Shown: piece after piece, positions 11,235-29,200 of the stretch | Numbering within the stretch: position 1 is the first letter of the stretch | Layout of the letters: each line of letters starts with the position of its first letter | From: Eledone cirrhosa | Lineage: Eukaryota | Reading direction: 5' to 3' | NCBI GenBank assembly: GCA_964016885.1 | Contig: OZ024743.1 | Coordinates: 336,908,001-336,972,000, forward strand | DNA length: 64,000 bases | Made by a program: the position numbers and the translations under genes | The notes under the pieces: model-generated | Told to the model about the DNA's origin: nothing | What the model saw: only the letters and a program-made list of their open reading frames with translations | The model's database searches: none

Positions 11235-14200
11235 TCAAAAGATAAGATAACATTGTACACTAAACTATAATATAACATATCAAACCATGACATAACGTTG
11301 TACACTAAACTATAATATAACATATCAAACAATGACATAACATTGTACACTAAACTATAATATAACATATCAAACCATGACATAACATTGTACACTAAAC
11401 TATAATATAACATATCAAACCATGACATAACATTGTACACTAAACTATAATATAACATATCAAACAATGACATAATATTGTACACTAAACTGTAATATAA
11501 CATATCAAACTATAGGATAACATTGTACACTAAACAGTAATATAACATATCAAACTATGACATAACATTGTACACTAAACTGTAATATAACATATCAAAC
11601 TATAAGATAACATTGTACACTAAACTGTATTATAACATATCAAACAATAAGATAAAATTGTACACTAAACTGTAATATAACATATAAAACTATAAGATAA
11701 CATTGTACACTAAACTGTAATATAACATATCAAACTATAGGATAACATTGTACACTAAACTATAATATAACATATCAACCATGACATAACATTGTACACT
11801 AAACTGTAATATAACATATCAAACTATGGGATAACATTGTAAACTAAACTGTAATATAACATATCAAACCATGACATAACATTGTACACTAAAGTGTAAT
11901 ATAACATATCAAACTGTAGGATAACGTTGTACACTAAACTGTAATATAACATATCAAACTATAACATAACATTGTACACTAAACTATAATATAACATATC
12001 AAACCATGACATAACATTGTACACTAAACTGTAATATAACATATCAAACTATGGGATAACATTGTAAACTAAACTGTAATATAACATATCAAACCATGAC
12101 ATAACATTGTACACTAAAGTGTAATATAACATATCAAACTGTAGGATAACGTTGTACACTAAACTGTAATATAACATATCAAACTATAACATAACATTGT
12201 ACACTAAACTATAATATAACATATCAAACCATGACATAACATTGTACACTAAACTGTAATATAACATATCAAACTATGGGATAACATTGTAAACTAAACT
12301 GTAATATAACATATCAAACCATGACATAACATTGTACACTAAAGTGTAATATAACATATCAAACTGTAGGATAACGTTGTACACTAAACTGTAATATAAC
12401 ATATCAAACTATAACATAACATTGTACACTAAACTATAATATAACATATCAAACTATAACATAACATTGTACACTAAACTATAATATAACATATCAAACT
12501 ATAGGATAACATTGTACACTAAACTATAATATAACATATCAAACCATGACATAACATTGTACACTAAACTGTAATATAACATATCAAACTATAGGATAAC
12601 ATTGTACACTAAACAGTAATATAACATATCAAACTATGACATAACATTGTACACTAAACTGTAATATAACATATCAAACTATAAGATAACATTGTACACT
12701 AAACCGTAATATAACATATCAAACCATGACATAACATTGTACACTAAACTGTAATATAACATATCAAATTATAGGATAACATTGTACCCTAAACTATAAT
12801 ATAACATATCAAATCATGACATAACATTGTACACGAAACTGTAATATAACATAACAAACTATAGGATAACATTGTACACTAAACTGTAAAATAACATATC
12901 AAACCATGACATACAGTATACACTAAACTGTAATATAACATATCAAACTAAAGGATAACATTGTACAATAAACTGTAATATAACATATCAAACCATGACA
13001 TAACATTGTACACTAAACTGTAATATAACATATCAAACCATGACATAACAATGTACACTAAACTGTAATATAACATATCAAACTATAGGATAACATTGTA
13101 CAATAAACTGTAATATAACTTATCAAAGCATGACATAATATTGTACACTAAACTGTAATATAACATATCAGACCAGGAGATAACATTGTACACTAAACTG
13201 TAATATAACATATCAAATTATAGGATAACAGTGTGCACTAAACTGTAATATAACTTATCAAAGCATGACATAACATTGTACACTAAACTGTAATATAATA
13301 TATCAAATTATAAGATAACATTGTACACTAAACTGTAATATAACTTATCAAACCTTGACATAACATTGTACACTAAACTGTAATATAACATATCAAACTT
13401 TAAGATAACATTGTACACTAAACTGTAATATAATATATCAATTTATAAGATAAAATTGTACACTAAACTGTAATATAACTTATCAAACCATGACATAACA
13501 TTGTACACTAAACTGTAATATAACATATCAAACCATGACATAACATTGTACACTATACTGCAATATAACATATCAAACTATAGGATCACATTGTACACTA
13601 AACTGTAATATGACATATCAAACTATACAATAACATTGTACACTAAACTGTAATATAACATATCAAACCATGACATAACATTGTACACTAAACTGTAATA
13701 TAACATATCAAATTATAGGATAAGATTGTACCCTAAACTATAATATAACATATCAAACCATGACATAACATTGTACACTAAACTGTAATATAATATATCA
13801 AACTATAAGATAACATTATACACTAAACTCTAATATAACTTAACAAACCATGACATAACATTGTACACTAAACTGTAATATAACATATCAAACTTTAAGA
13901 TAACATTGTACACTAAACTGTAATATAACATATCAAACTTTAAGATAACATTGTACACTAAACTCTAATATAACATATCAAACTATAGGATAACATTGTG
14001 CACTAAACTGTAATATAACATATCAAACCATGACATAACATTGTACACTATACTGTAATATAACATATTAAAACATGAGATAACGTTGTACACTAAAGTG
14101 TAATATAATATATCAAACTATAAGATAACATTGTACACTAAACTGTAATATAACATATCAAAGCATGACATAACATTGTACACTAAACTGTAATATAACA

Positions 14201-17200
14201 TATCAAACTATAGGATAATATTGTACACTAAACTGTAATATAACATATAAAACCATGGAATAAAATTGTACAATAAACTGTAATATAACATATTAAACCA
14301 TGAGATAACATTGTACACTAAACTGTAATATAACATATCAAACTATAAGATAACATTGTACATTAAACTGTAATATAACATATCAAAATATAGGATAACA
14401 TTGTACCCTAAACTATAATATAACATATCAAACCATGACATAACATTGTACACTAAACTGTATTACAACATATCAAAATATAGGATAACATTGTACACTA
14501 AACTGTAATATAACATATCAAACCAAGACATATCAGTATACACTAAACTGTAATATAACATATCAAATCATCACATAACATTGTACACTAAACTGTAATA
14601 TAACATATTAAGCCATGAGATAACATTGTTCACTAAACTGTAATATAACATATCAAACTATAAGATAACATATCAAATTTGAAGATAACATTGTACACTA
14701 AACTCTAATATAACATAACAAAAAATGATATAACATTGTACACTAAACTGCAATATAACATATGGAACTATAGTATAACATTGTACACTAAACTGTAATA
14801 TAACATATGAAACTATAAGATAACATCGTACACTAAACTGTAATATAACATATCAAAATATAGGATACCATTGTACCCTAAACTATAATATAACATATTA
14901 AACCATGACATAACATTGTACACTAAACTGTAATATAACATATCAAACTATAGGATAACATTGTACAAAAACTGCAATATAACATATCAAACTATAAGAT
15001 AACATTGTACACTAAACTGTAATATAACATATCAATTCATGACATGACATTGTACACTAAACTGTAATATAACATATCAAACTATAGGATGACATTGTAC
15101 ACTAAACTGTAATATAACATATCAAACTAGAGGATAACATTGTACAGTAAACAGTAATATAACATATCAAACCATGACATAACATTGTACACTAAACTGT
15201 AATATAACATATCAAACTATAAGATAACATTGTACACTAAACTCTAATATAACATATCAAACTATAGGATAACATTGTACACTAAACTGTAATATAACAT
15301 ATCAAACCATGACATAACATTGTACACTATACTGTAATATAACATATCAAACTATAGGATCACATTGTAAACTAAACTGTAATATGACATATCAAACTAT
15401 ACAATAACATTGTACACTAAACTGTAATATAACATATCAAAACATGACTTAACGTTGTACACTAAACTGTAATATAACATATCAAACCATGACATAACAT
15501 TGTACACTAAACTGTAATATAACATATCAAATTATAGGATAACATTGTACCCTAAACTATAACATATCAAACCATGACATAACATTGTACACTAAACTGT
15601 AATATAACATATGAAACCATGACATAACATTGTACACTAAACTGTAATATAACATATCAAACCATGACATACCAATGTACACTAAACTGTAATATAACAT
15701 ATCAAACTATAAGATAACATTGTACACTAAACTGTAATGTAACATATCATACCATGACATATCATTGTACCTTAAACTCTAATATAACATATCAAACTAT
15801 AGGATAACATTGTGCACTAAACTGTAATATAACATATCAAACCATGACATAACATTGTACACTAAACTGTAATATAACATATCAAACCATGCCATAACAT
15901 TGTACACTAAACTGTAATATAACATATCAGACCATGAGATAACATTGTACACTAAACTTTAATATAACATATCAAACCATTACATAACATTGTACACTAA
16001 ACTTTAATATAACATATCAAACTATAGGATAACATTGTACACTAAACCGTAATATAACATATTAAACCATGAAATAACATTGTACACTAAACTGTAATAT
16101 AATATATCAAACTATAAGATAACATTGTACACTAAACTGTAATATAACTTATCAAAGCATGACATAACATTGTACACTAAACAGTAATATAACATATCAA
16201 ACTATAGGATGACATTGTACACTAAACTAATATAACATATCAAACTAGAGGATAACATTGTACACTAAACAGTAATATAACATATCAAACCATGACATAA
16301 CATTGTACACTCAACTGTAATATAACATATTAAAACATGACATAACATTGTACACTAAACTGTAATATAACATACCAAACTATATGATAACATTGTACAC
16401 TAAACTGTAATATAACATATCAAACCATGAGATAACATTGTACACTAAACTGTAATATAACGTATCAAACTATAAGATAACATTGTACACTAAACTGTAA
16501 TATAACATATCAAACCATGACATAACATTGAGCACTAAAATGTAATATAACATATCAAATTATAGGATAACGTTGTACCCTAAACTATAATATGACATGT
16601 CAAACCATGTCATAACATCGTACACTAAACTGTAATATAACATATCAAACTATAGGATAACATTGTACACTAAACTGTAATATAACATATCAAACCATGA
16701 CATAACAGTATACACTAAGCTGTAATATAACATATCAAACTATAGGATAACATTGTACAATAAACTGTAATATAACATATCAAACCATGACATAACATTG
16801 CACACTAAACTGTAATATAACATATCAAACCATGACATATCAATGTACACTAAACTGTAATATAATATATCAAACTATAAGATAACATTGTACACTAAAC
16901 TGTAATATAACATATCAAACTATAAGATAACATTGTATACTAAACTGTAATATAACATATCAAACCATGACATATCATTGTACAATAAACTGTAATATAA
17001 CATATCAGACCATGAGATAACATTGTACACTAAACTGTAATATAACATATCAAACTATAAGATAATCTTGTATACTAAACTGTAATATAACATATTAAAC
17101 CATGACATATCATTGTACACTAAACTGTAATATAACATATCAAACTATAGGATAACATTGTACACTAAACTGTAATATAACATATCAAATAATGACATAA

Positions 17201-20200
17201 CATTGTACACTATACTGTAATATAACATATCAAACTATAGGATCACATTGTACACTAAACTGTAATATGACATATCAAACTATACAATAACATTGTACAC
17301 TAAACTGTAACATAACATATCAGACCATGAGATAACATTGTACACTAAACTGTAATATAAAATATCAAACTATAAGATAACATTGTACACTAAACTGTAA
17401 TATAACATATCAAAGTTTAAGATAACATTGTACACTAAACTCTAATATAACATATCAAACCATGAGATAACATTGTACACTAAACTGTAATATAACGTAT
17501 CAAACTATAAGATAACATTGTACACTAAACTGTAATATAACATATCAGACCATGAGATAACATTGTACACTAAACTGTAATATAACGTATCAAACTATAA
17601 GATAACATTGTACACTAAACTGTAACATAACATATCAAACCATGACATAACATTGTACACTAAACTGTAATATAACATATCAAATTATAGGAAAACGTTG
17701 TACCCTAAACTATAATATGACATATCAAACCATGTCATAACATTGTACACTAAACTGTAATATAACATATCAAACTATAGGATAACATTGTACACTAAAC
17801 TGTAATATAACATATCAAACCATGACATAACAGTATACACTAAACTGTAATATAACATATCAAACTATAGGATAACATTGTACAATAAACTGTAATATAA
17901 CATATCAAACCATGACATCACAATGTACACTAAACTGTAATATAACATATCAAACTATAAGATAACATTGTACACTTAACTGTAATATAACATATTGAAA
18001 CATGAGATAACATTGTACACTAAACTGTAATATAATGTATCAAACTATAAGATAACATTGTACACTAAACTGTAATATCACATATCAAACTATAAGATAA
18101 CATTGTACGCTAAACTGTAACATAACATATCAAACCATGACATATCATTGTACAATAAACTGTAATATAACATATCAGACCATGAGATAACATTGTACAC
18201 TAAACTGTAATATAACATATCAAACTATAGGATGATCTTGTATACTAAACTGTAATATAACATATTAAACCATGACATATCATTGTACACTGAACTGTAA
18301 TATAACATATCAAACTATAGGATAACATTGTACAATAAACTGTTATATAACTTATCAGAGCATGACATAACATTGTACACTAAACTGTAATATAACATAT
18401 CAAACCATGAGATAACATTGTACACTAAACTGTAATATAACATATCAAACTTTAAGATAACATTGTACACTAAACTCTAATATAACATATCAAACCATGA
18501 TATATCATTGTACACTAAACTGCAATATGATATATGAAACTATAATATAACATTGTAAACTAAACTGTAATATAACATATCAAACCATGAGATTACATTG
18601 TACACTAAACTGAAATATAACGTATCAAACTATAAGATAACATTGTACACTAAACTGTAATATAACATATCAAACCATGACATAACATTGTACACTAAAC
18701 TGTAATATAACATATCAAATTATAGGATAACGTTGTACCCTAAACTATAATATGACATATCAAATCATGACATGACATTGTACACTAAACTGTAATATAA
18801 CATATCAAACTATAGGATGACATTGTACACTAAACTGTAATATAACATATCAAACTAGAGGATAACATTGTACACTAAACAGTAATATAACATATCAAAA
18901 CATGACATAACATTGTACACTAAACTGTAATGTAACATATCAAACCATGACATGACATTGTACACTAAACTGTAGTATAACATATCAATATATAAGATAA
19001 CATTGTACACTAAACTCTAATATAACGTATCAAACTATAGGATAACATTGTACACTAAACTGTAATATAACATATCAAACCATGACATAACATTGTACAC
19101 TATACTGTAATATAACATATCAAACTATAGGATCACATTGTACACTAAACTGTAATATGACATATCAAAATATACAATAACATTGTACACTAAACTGTAA
19201 TATAACAGATCAAACCATGACATAACATTGTACACTAAACTGTAATATAACATATCAAAGCATGACATAACATTGTACACTAAACTGTAATATAACATAT
19301 CAGACCATGAGATAACATTGCACACTAAACTTTAATATAACATATCAAACCATTACATAACATTGTACACTAAACTTTAATATAACATATCAAACTATAG
19401 GATAACCTTGTATACTAAACTGTAATATAACATATCAAACTATAAGATAACATTGTACACTAATCTGTAATATAACATATTAAACCATGAGATGACATTG
19501 TACACTAAACTGTAATATAATATATCAAACTATAAGATAACATTGTACACTAAACAGTAATATAACTTATCAAAGCATGACATAACATTGTACACTAAAC
19601 TGTAATATATCATATCAAACTATAGGATAACATTGGGCACTAAACTGTAATATAACATATCAAACTATAAGATAATATTGTACACTAAACTATAATATAA
19701 CATATCAAACTATAAGATAACATTGTACACTAAACTGTAATATAACATATCAAACTATAGGATAACATTGTACACTAATCTGTAATATAACATATCAAAC
19801 TTTAAGATAACATTGTACACTGAACTGTAATATAACATATTAAACCATGAGATAACATTGTACACTAAACTGTAATATAACATATCAAACTATAAGATAA
19901 CATTGTACATTAAACTGTAACATAACATATCAAAATATAGGATAAAATTTACCCTAAACTATAATATAACATATCAAACCATGACATAACATTGTACACT
20001 AAACTGTATTATAACATATCAAACTATAGGATAACATTGTACAATAAACTGTAATATAACATATCAAACCATGACATATCAGTATACACTAAACTGTAAT
20101 ATAACATATCAAACTATAGGATAACATTGTACGATAAACTGTAATATAACATACCAAACTATGAGATAACATTGTACACTAAACTGTAATATAACATATC

Positions 20201-23200
20201 AAATCATGACATAACAGTGTACACTAAACTGTAATATAACATATCAAACTATAGGATGACATTGTACACTAAACTGTAATATAACATATCAAACTAGAGG
20301 ATGACATTGTACACTAAACAGTAATATAACATATCAAACCATGACATAACATTGTACACTAAACAGTAATATAACATATCAAAACATGACATAACATTGT
20401 ACACTAAATTGTAATATAAAATATCAAACTATAGGATAACATTGTACACTAAACTGTAATATAACATATCAAACCATGACATAACATTGTACACTCAACT
20501 GTAATATAACATATTAAAACATGACATAACATTGTACACTAAACTGTAATATAAGATACCAAACGATAGGATAACATTGTACACTAAACTGTAATATAAC
20601 ATATTAAACCATGAGATAACATTGTACACTAAACTGTAATGTAACATATCAAACTATAGGATAACATTGTGCACTAAACTGTAATATAACATATCAAACC
20701 ATGACTTAACAATGTACACTAAACTGTAATATAACATATCAAACTATAAGATAACATTGTACACTTAACTGTAATATAACATATTGAACCATGAGATAAC
20801 ATTGTACACGAAACTGTAATATAATATATCAAACTATAAGATAACATTGTACATTAAACTGTAATATAACATATCAAACTAGAGGATGACATTGTACACT
20901 AAACAGTAATATAACATATCAAACCATGACATAACATTGTACACTAAACAGTAATATAACATATCAAAACATGACATAACATTGTACACTAAATTGTAAT
21001 ATAAAATATCAAACTATAGGATAACATTGTACACTAAACTGTAATATAACATATCAAACCATGACATAACATTGTACACTCAACTGTAATATAACATATT
21101 AAAACATGACATAACATTGTACACTAAACTGTAATATAAGATACCAAACGATAGGATAACATTGTACACTAAACTGTAATATAACATATTAAACCATGAG
21201 ATAACATTGTACACTAAACTGTAATGTAACATATCAAACTATAGGATAACATTGTGCACTAAACTGTAATATAACATATCAAACCATGACTTAACAATGT
21301 ACACTAAACTGTAATATAACATATCAAACTATAAGATAACATTGTACACTTAACTGTAATATAACATATTGAACCATGAGATAACATTGTACACGAAACT
21401 GTAATATAATATATCAAACTATAAGATAACATTGTACATTAAACTGTAATATAACATATCAAACCATGACATAACAGTATACACTAAACTGTAATATAAC
21501 ATATCAAACCATGACATCACAATGTACACTAAACTGTAATATAACATATCAAACTATAAGATAACATTGTACACTTAACTGTAATATAGCATATTGAAAC
21601 ATGAGATAACATTGTACACTAAACTGTAATATAATGTATCAAACTATAAGATAACATTGTACACTAAACTGTAATATAACATATCAAACTATAAGATAAC
21701 ATTGTACACTAAACTGTAATATAACATATCAAACCATGACATATCATTGTACAATAAACTGTAATATAACATATTAGACCATGAGATAACATTGTACACT
21801 AAACTGTAATATAACATATCAAACTATAGGATAATCTTGTATACTAAACTGTAATATAACATATTAAAACATGACATATCATTGTACACTCAACTGTAAT
21901 ATAACATATCAAACTATAGGATAACATTGTACAATAAACTGTAATATAACTTATCAGAGCATGACATAACATTGTACACTAAACTGTAATATAACATATC
22001 AAACCATGAGATAACATTGTACACTAAACTGTAATATAACATATCAAACTTTAAGATAACATTGTACACTAAACTCTAATATAACATATCAAACCATGAT
22101 ATATCATTGTACACTAAACTGCAATATGATATATGAAACTATAATATAACATTGTGCACTAAACTGTAATATAACATATCAAACTATAAGATAATATTGT
22201 ACACTAAACTATAATATAACATATCAAACTATAAGATAACATTGTACACTAAACTGTAATATAACATATCAAACTATAGGATAACATTGTACACTAATCT
22301 GTAATATAACATATCAAACTTTAAGATAACATTGTACACTGAACTGTAATATAACATATTAAACCATGAGATAACATTGTACACTAAACTGTAATATAAC
22401 ATATCAAACTATAAGATAACATTGTACATTAAACTGTAACATAACATATCAAAATATAGGATAAAATTTACCCTAAACTATAATATAACATATCAAACCA
22501 TGACATAACATTGTACACTAAACTGTATTATAACATATCAAACTATAGGATAACATTGTACACTAAACTGTAATATAACATATCAAACCATGACATATCA
22601 GTATACACTAAACTGTAATATAACATATCAAACTATAGGATAACATTGTACGATAAACTGTAATATAACATACCAAACTATGAGATAACATTGTACACTA
22701 AACTGTAATATAACATATCAAATCATAACATAACAGTGTACACTAAACTGTAATATAACATATCAAACTATAGGATGACATTGTACACTAAACTGTAATA
22801 TAACATATCAAACTAGAGGATGACATTGTACACTAAACAGTAATATAACATATCAAACCATGACATAACATTGTACACTAAACAGTAATATAACATATCA
22901 AAACATGACATGACATTGTACACTAAATTGTAATATAAAATATCAAACTATAGGATAACATTGTACACTAAACTGTAATATAACATATCAAACCATGACA
23001 TAACATTGTACACTCAACTGTAATATAACATATTAAAACATGACATAACATTGTACACTAAACTGTAATATAACATACCAAACGATAGGATAACATTGTA
23101 CACTAAACTGTAATATAACATATTAAACCATGAGATAACATTGTACACTAAACTGTAATGTAACATATCAAACTATAGGATAACATTGTGCACTAAACTG

Positions 23201-26200
23201 TAATATAACATATCAAACCATGACTTAACAATGTACACTAAACTGTAATATAACATATCAAACTATAAGATAACATTGTACACTTAACTGTAATATAACA
23301 TATTGAACCATGAGATAACATTGTACACGAAACTGTAATATAATATATCAAACTATGAGATAACATTGTACATTAAACTGTAATATAACATATCAAACCA
23401 TGACATAACAGTATACACTAAACTGTAATATAACATATCAAACCATGACATCACAATGTACACTAAACTGTAATATAACATATCAAACTATAAGATAACA
23501 TTGTACACTTAACTGTAATATAGCATATTGAAACATGAGATAACATTGTACACTAAACTGTAATATAATGTATCAAACTATAAGATAACATTGTACACTA
23601 AACTGTAATATAACATATCAAACTATAAGATAACATTGTACACTAAACTGTAATATAACATATCAAACCATGACATATCATTGTACAATAAACTGTAATA
23701 TAACATATCAGACCATGAGATAACATTGTACACTAAACTGTAATATAACATATCAAACTATAGGATAATCTTGTATACTAAACTGTAATATAACATATTA
23801 AAACATGACATATCATTGTACACTCAACTGTAATATAACATATCAAACTATAGGATAACATTGTACAATAAACTGTAATATAACTTATCAGAGCATGACA
23901 TAACATTGTACACTAAACTGTAATATAACATATCAAACCATGAGATAACATTGTACACTAAACTCTAATATAACATATCAAACTTTAAGATAACATTGTA
24001 CACTAAACTCTAATATAACATATCAAACCATGATATATCATTGTACACTAAACTGCAATATGATATATGAAACTATAATATAACATTGTAAACTAAACTG
24101 TAATATAACATATCAAACCATGAGATAACATTGTACACTAAACTGAAATATAACGTATCAAACTATAAGATAACATTGTACACTAAACTGTAATATAACA
24201 TATCAAACCATGACATAACATTGTACACTAAACTGTAATATAACATATCAAATTATAGGATAACGTTGTACCCTAAACTATAATATGACATATCAAATCA
24301 TGACATGACATTGTACACTAAACTGTAATATAACATATCAAACTATAGGATGACATTGTACACTAAACTGTAATATAACATATCAAACTAGAGGATAACA
24401 TTGTACACTAAACAGTAATATAACATATCAAACCATGACATAACATTGTACACTAAACTGTAATGTAACATATCAAACCATGACATGACAATGTACACTA
24501 AACTGTAGTATAACATATCAATCTATAAGATAACATTGTACACTAAACTCTAATATAACGTATCAAACTATAGGATAACATTGTACACTAAACTGTAATA
24601 TAACATATCAAATCATGACATAACATTGTACACTATACTGTAATATAACATATCAAACTATAGGATCACATTGTACACTAAACTGTAATATGACATATCA
24701 AAATATACAATAACATTGTACACTAAACTGTAATATAACAGATCAAACCATGACATAACATTGTACACTAAACTGTAATATAACATATCAAAGCATGACA
24801 TAACATTGTACACTAAACTGTAATATAACATATCAGACCATGAGATAACATTGCACACTAAACTTTAATATAACATATCAAACCATTACATAACATTGTA
24901 CACTAAACTTTAATATAACATATCAAACTATAGGATAACCTTGTATACTAAACTGTAATATAACATATCAAACTATAAGATAACATTGTACACTAATCTG
25001 TAATATAACATATTAAACCATGAGATGACATTGTACACTAAACTGTAATATAATATATCAAACTATAAGATAACATTGTACACTAAACTGTAATATAACT
25101 TATCAAAGCATGACATAACATTGTACACTAAACTGTAATATATCATATCAAACCATAGGATAACATTGTGCACTAAACTGTAATATAACATATCAAACTA
25201 TAAGATAATATTGTACACTAAACTATAATATAACATATCAAACTATAAGATAACATTGTACACTAAACTGTAATATAACATATCAAACCAAGACATAACA
25301 TTGTACACTAAACTTTAATATAACATATCAAACTATAGGATAACATTGTACACTAATCTGTAATATAATATATCAAACTTTAAGATAACATTGTACACTG
25401 AACTGTAATATAAAATATTAAACCATGAGATAACATTGTACACTAAACTGTAATATAACATATCAAACTATAAGATAACATTGTACATTAAACTGTAACA
25501 TAACATATCAAAATATAGGATAAAATTTACCCTAAACTATAATATAACATATCAAACCATGACATAACATTGTACACTAAACTGTATTATAACATATCAA
25601 ACTATAGGATAACATTGTACACTAAACTGTAATATAACATATCAAACCATGACATATCAGTATACACTAAACTGTAATATAACATATCAAACTATAGGAT
25701 AACATTGTACGATAAACTGTAATATAACATACCAAACTATGAGATAACATTGTACACTAAACTGTAATATAACTTATCAAATCATGACATAACATTGTAC
25801 ACTAAACTGTAATATAACATATCAAACTATAGGATGACATTGTACACTAACCAAACTGTAATATAACATATCAAACTAGAGGATGACATTGTACACTAAA
25901 CAGTAATATAACATATCAAACCATGACATAACATTGTACACTAAACAGTAATATAACATATCAAAACATGACATAACATTGTACACTAAATTGTAATATA
26001 AAATATCAAACTATAGGATAACATTGTACACTAAACTGTAATATAACATATCAAACCATGACATATCAGTATACACTAAACTGTAATATAACATATCAAA
26101 CTATAGGATAACATTGTACGATAAACTGTAATATAACATACCAAACTATGAGATAACATTGTACACTAAACTGTAATATAACTTATCAAATCATGACATA

Positions 26201-29200
26201 ACATTGTACACTAAACTGTAATATAACATATCAAACTATAGGATGACATTGTACACTAACCAAACTGTAATATAACATATCAAACTAGAGGATGACATTG
26301 TACACTAAACAGTAATATAACATATCAAACCATGACATAACATTGTACACTAAACAGTAATATAACATATTAAAACATGACATAACATTGTACACTAAAT
26401 TGTAATATAAAATATCAAACTATAGGATAACATTGTACACTCAACTGTAATATAACATATTAAAACATGACATAACATTGTACACTAAACTGTAATATAA
26501 CATACCAAACGATAGGATAACATTGTACACTAAACTGTAATATAACATATTAAACCATGAGATAACATTGTACACTAAACTGTAATGTAACATATCAAAC
26601 TATAGGATAACATTGTGCACTAAACTGTAATATAACATATCAAACCATGACTTAACAATGTACACTAAACTGTAATATAACATATCAAACTATAAGATAA
26701 CATTGTACACTTAACTGTAATATAACATATTGAACCATGAGATAACATTGTACACGAAACTGTAATATAATATATCAAACTATAAGATAACATTGTACAT
26801 TAAACTGTAATATAACATATCAAACCATGACATAACAGTATACACTAAACTGTAATATAACATATCAAACCATGACATCACAATGTACACTAAACTGTAA
26901 TATAACATATCAAACTATAAGATAACATTGTACACTTAACTGTAATATAGCATATTGAAACATGAGATAACATTGTACACTAAACTGTAATATAATGTAT
27001 CAAACTATAAGATAACATTGTACACTAAACTGTAATATAACATATCAAACTATAAGATAACATTGTACACTAAACTGTAACATAACATATCAAACCATGA
27101 TATATCATTGTACACTAAACTGCAATATGATATATGAAACTATAATATAACATTGTAAACTAAATTTTAATATAACATATCAAACTATAGGATAACATTG
27201 TACACTAAACTGTAATATAACGTATCAAACTATAAGATAACATTGTACACTAAACTGTAATATAACATATCAAACCATGACATAACATTGTACACTAAAC
27301 TGTAATATAACATATCAAACTATAGGATAACGTTGTACCCTAAACTATAATATGACATATCAAACCATGACATAACATTGTACACTAAACTGTAATATAA
27401 CATATCAAACTATAGGATAACATTGTACACTAAACTGTAATATAACATATCAAACCATGACATAACAGTATACACTAAACTGTAATATAACATATCAAAC
27501 TATAGGATAACACTGTACAATAAACTGTAATATAACATATCAAACCATGACATAACAATGTACACTAAACTGTAATATAACATATCAAACTATAAGATAA
27601 CATCGTACACTTAACTGTAATATAACATATTAAACCATGAGATAACATTGTACACTAAACTGTAATATAACATATCAAACTATAGGATAACACTGTACAC
27701 TAAACTGTAATATAACATATCAAAGCATGACATAACATTGTATACTAAACTTTAATATAACATATCAAACTATAGGATATCCTTGTACACTAAACTGTAA
27801 TATAACATATCAAACTATAAGATAACATTGTACACTAAACTGCAATATAACATATCAAACTATGAGATAACATTGTACACTAAACTATAATATAACATAT
27901 CAAAATTTAGGATACCATTGTACAATAAACTGTAATATAACATATCAAACTATAAGATAACATTGTACACTAAACTGTAATATAACATATCAAACCATGA
28001 CATAACATTGTACACTAAACTGTAATATAACATATCAAACCATGAGATAACATTGTACACTAAACTATAATATAACATATCAAACCATGATATAACATTG
28101 TACACTAAACTGCAATATAACTTATCAAACTATAGGATAACATTGTACCCTAAACTGTAATATAACATATCAAACCATGACATAACATTGTACATTCAAC
28201 TGTAATATAACATATCAAACTATAGGATAACATTGTACACAAAACTATAATATACCATATCAAACTATAAGATAACATTGTACACTAAACTCTATTATAA
28301 CATATCAAATTATAGGATAACATTGTACACTAAACTTTAATATAACATATCAAACCATGACATAACATTGTACACTATACTGTAATATAACATGTCAAAC
28401 TACAGGAAAACATTGTACAATAAACTGTAATATACCATATCAAACTATAAGATAATATTGTACACTAAACTGCAATATAACATATCAAACAATGACATAA
28501 CATTGTACACTAAACTGTAATATAACATATGAAACTAGAGGATAACATCGTACAATAAACTGTAATATAACATATCAAACTATACGATAACATTGTACAC
28601 TAAACTGTAATATAACATATCAAATTATAGGATAACATTGTACAATAAACTGTAATATAACATATCAAACTATAAGATAACATTGTACACTAAACTGTAA
28701 TATAACATATCAAACCATGACATAACATTGTGCACTAATCTATAATATAACATATCAAACTATGGGATAACATTGTACACTAAACTGCAATATAACATGT
28801 CAAACCATGGCATAACATTGTACACTATACTGTAATATAACATATCAAACTATTAGATAACATTGTACACTAAACTGTAATATAACATATCAAACCATGA
28901 CATAACTTTGTACACTAAACTGTAATATAACATATCAAATTATAGGATAACATTGTACAATAAACTGTAATATAACTTATCAAACTATAAGATAACATTG
29001 TACAATAAACTGTAATATAACATATCAAACCATGACTTAACAATGTACACTAAACTGTAATATAACATATCAAACTATAAGATAACATTGTACACTTAAC
29101 TGTAATATAACATATTGAACCATGAGATAACATTGTACACTAAACTGTAATATAATATATCAAACTATCAGATAACGTTGTACACTAAACTATAATATAA

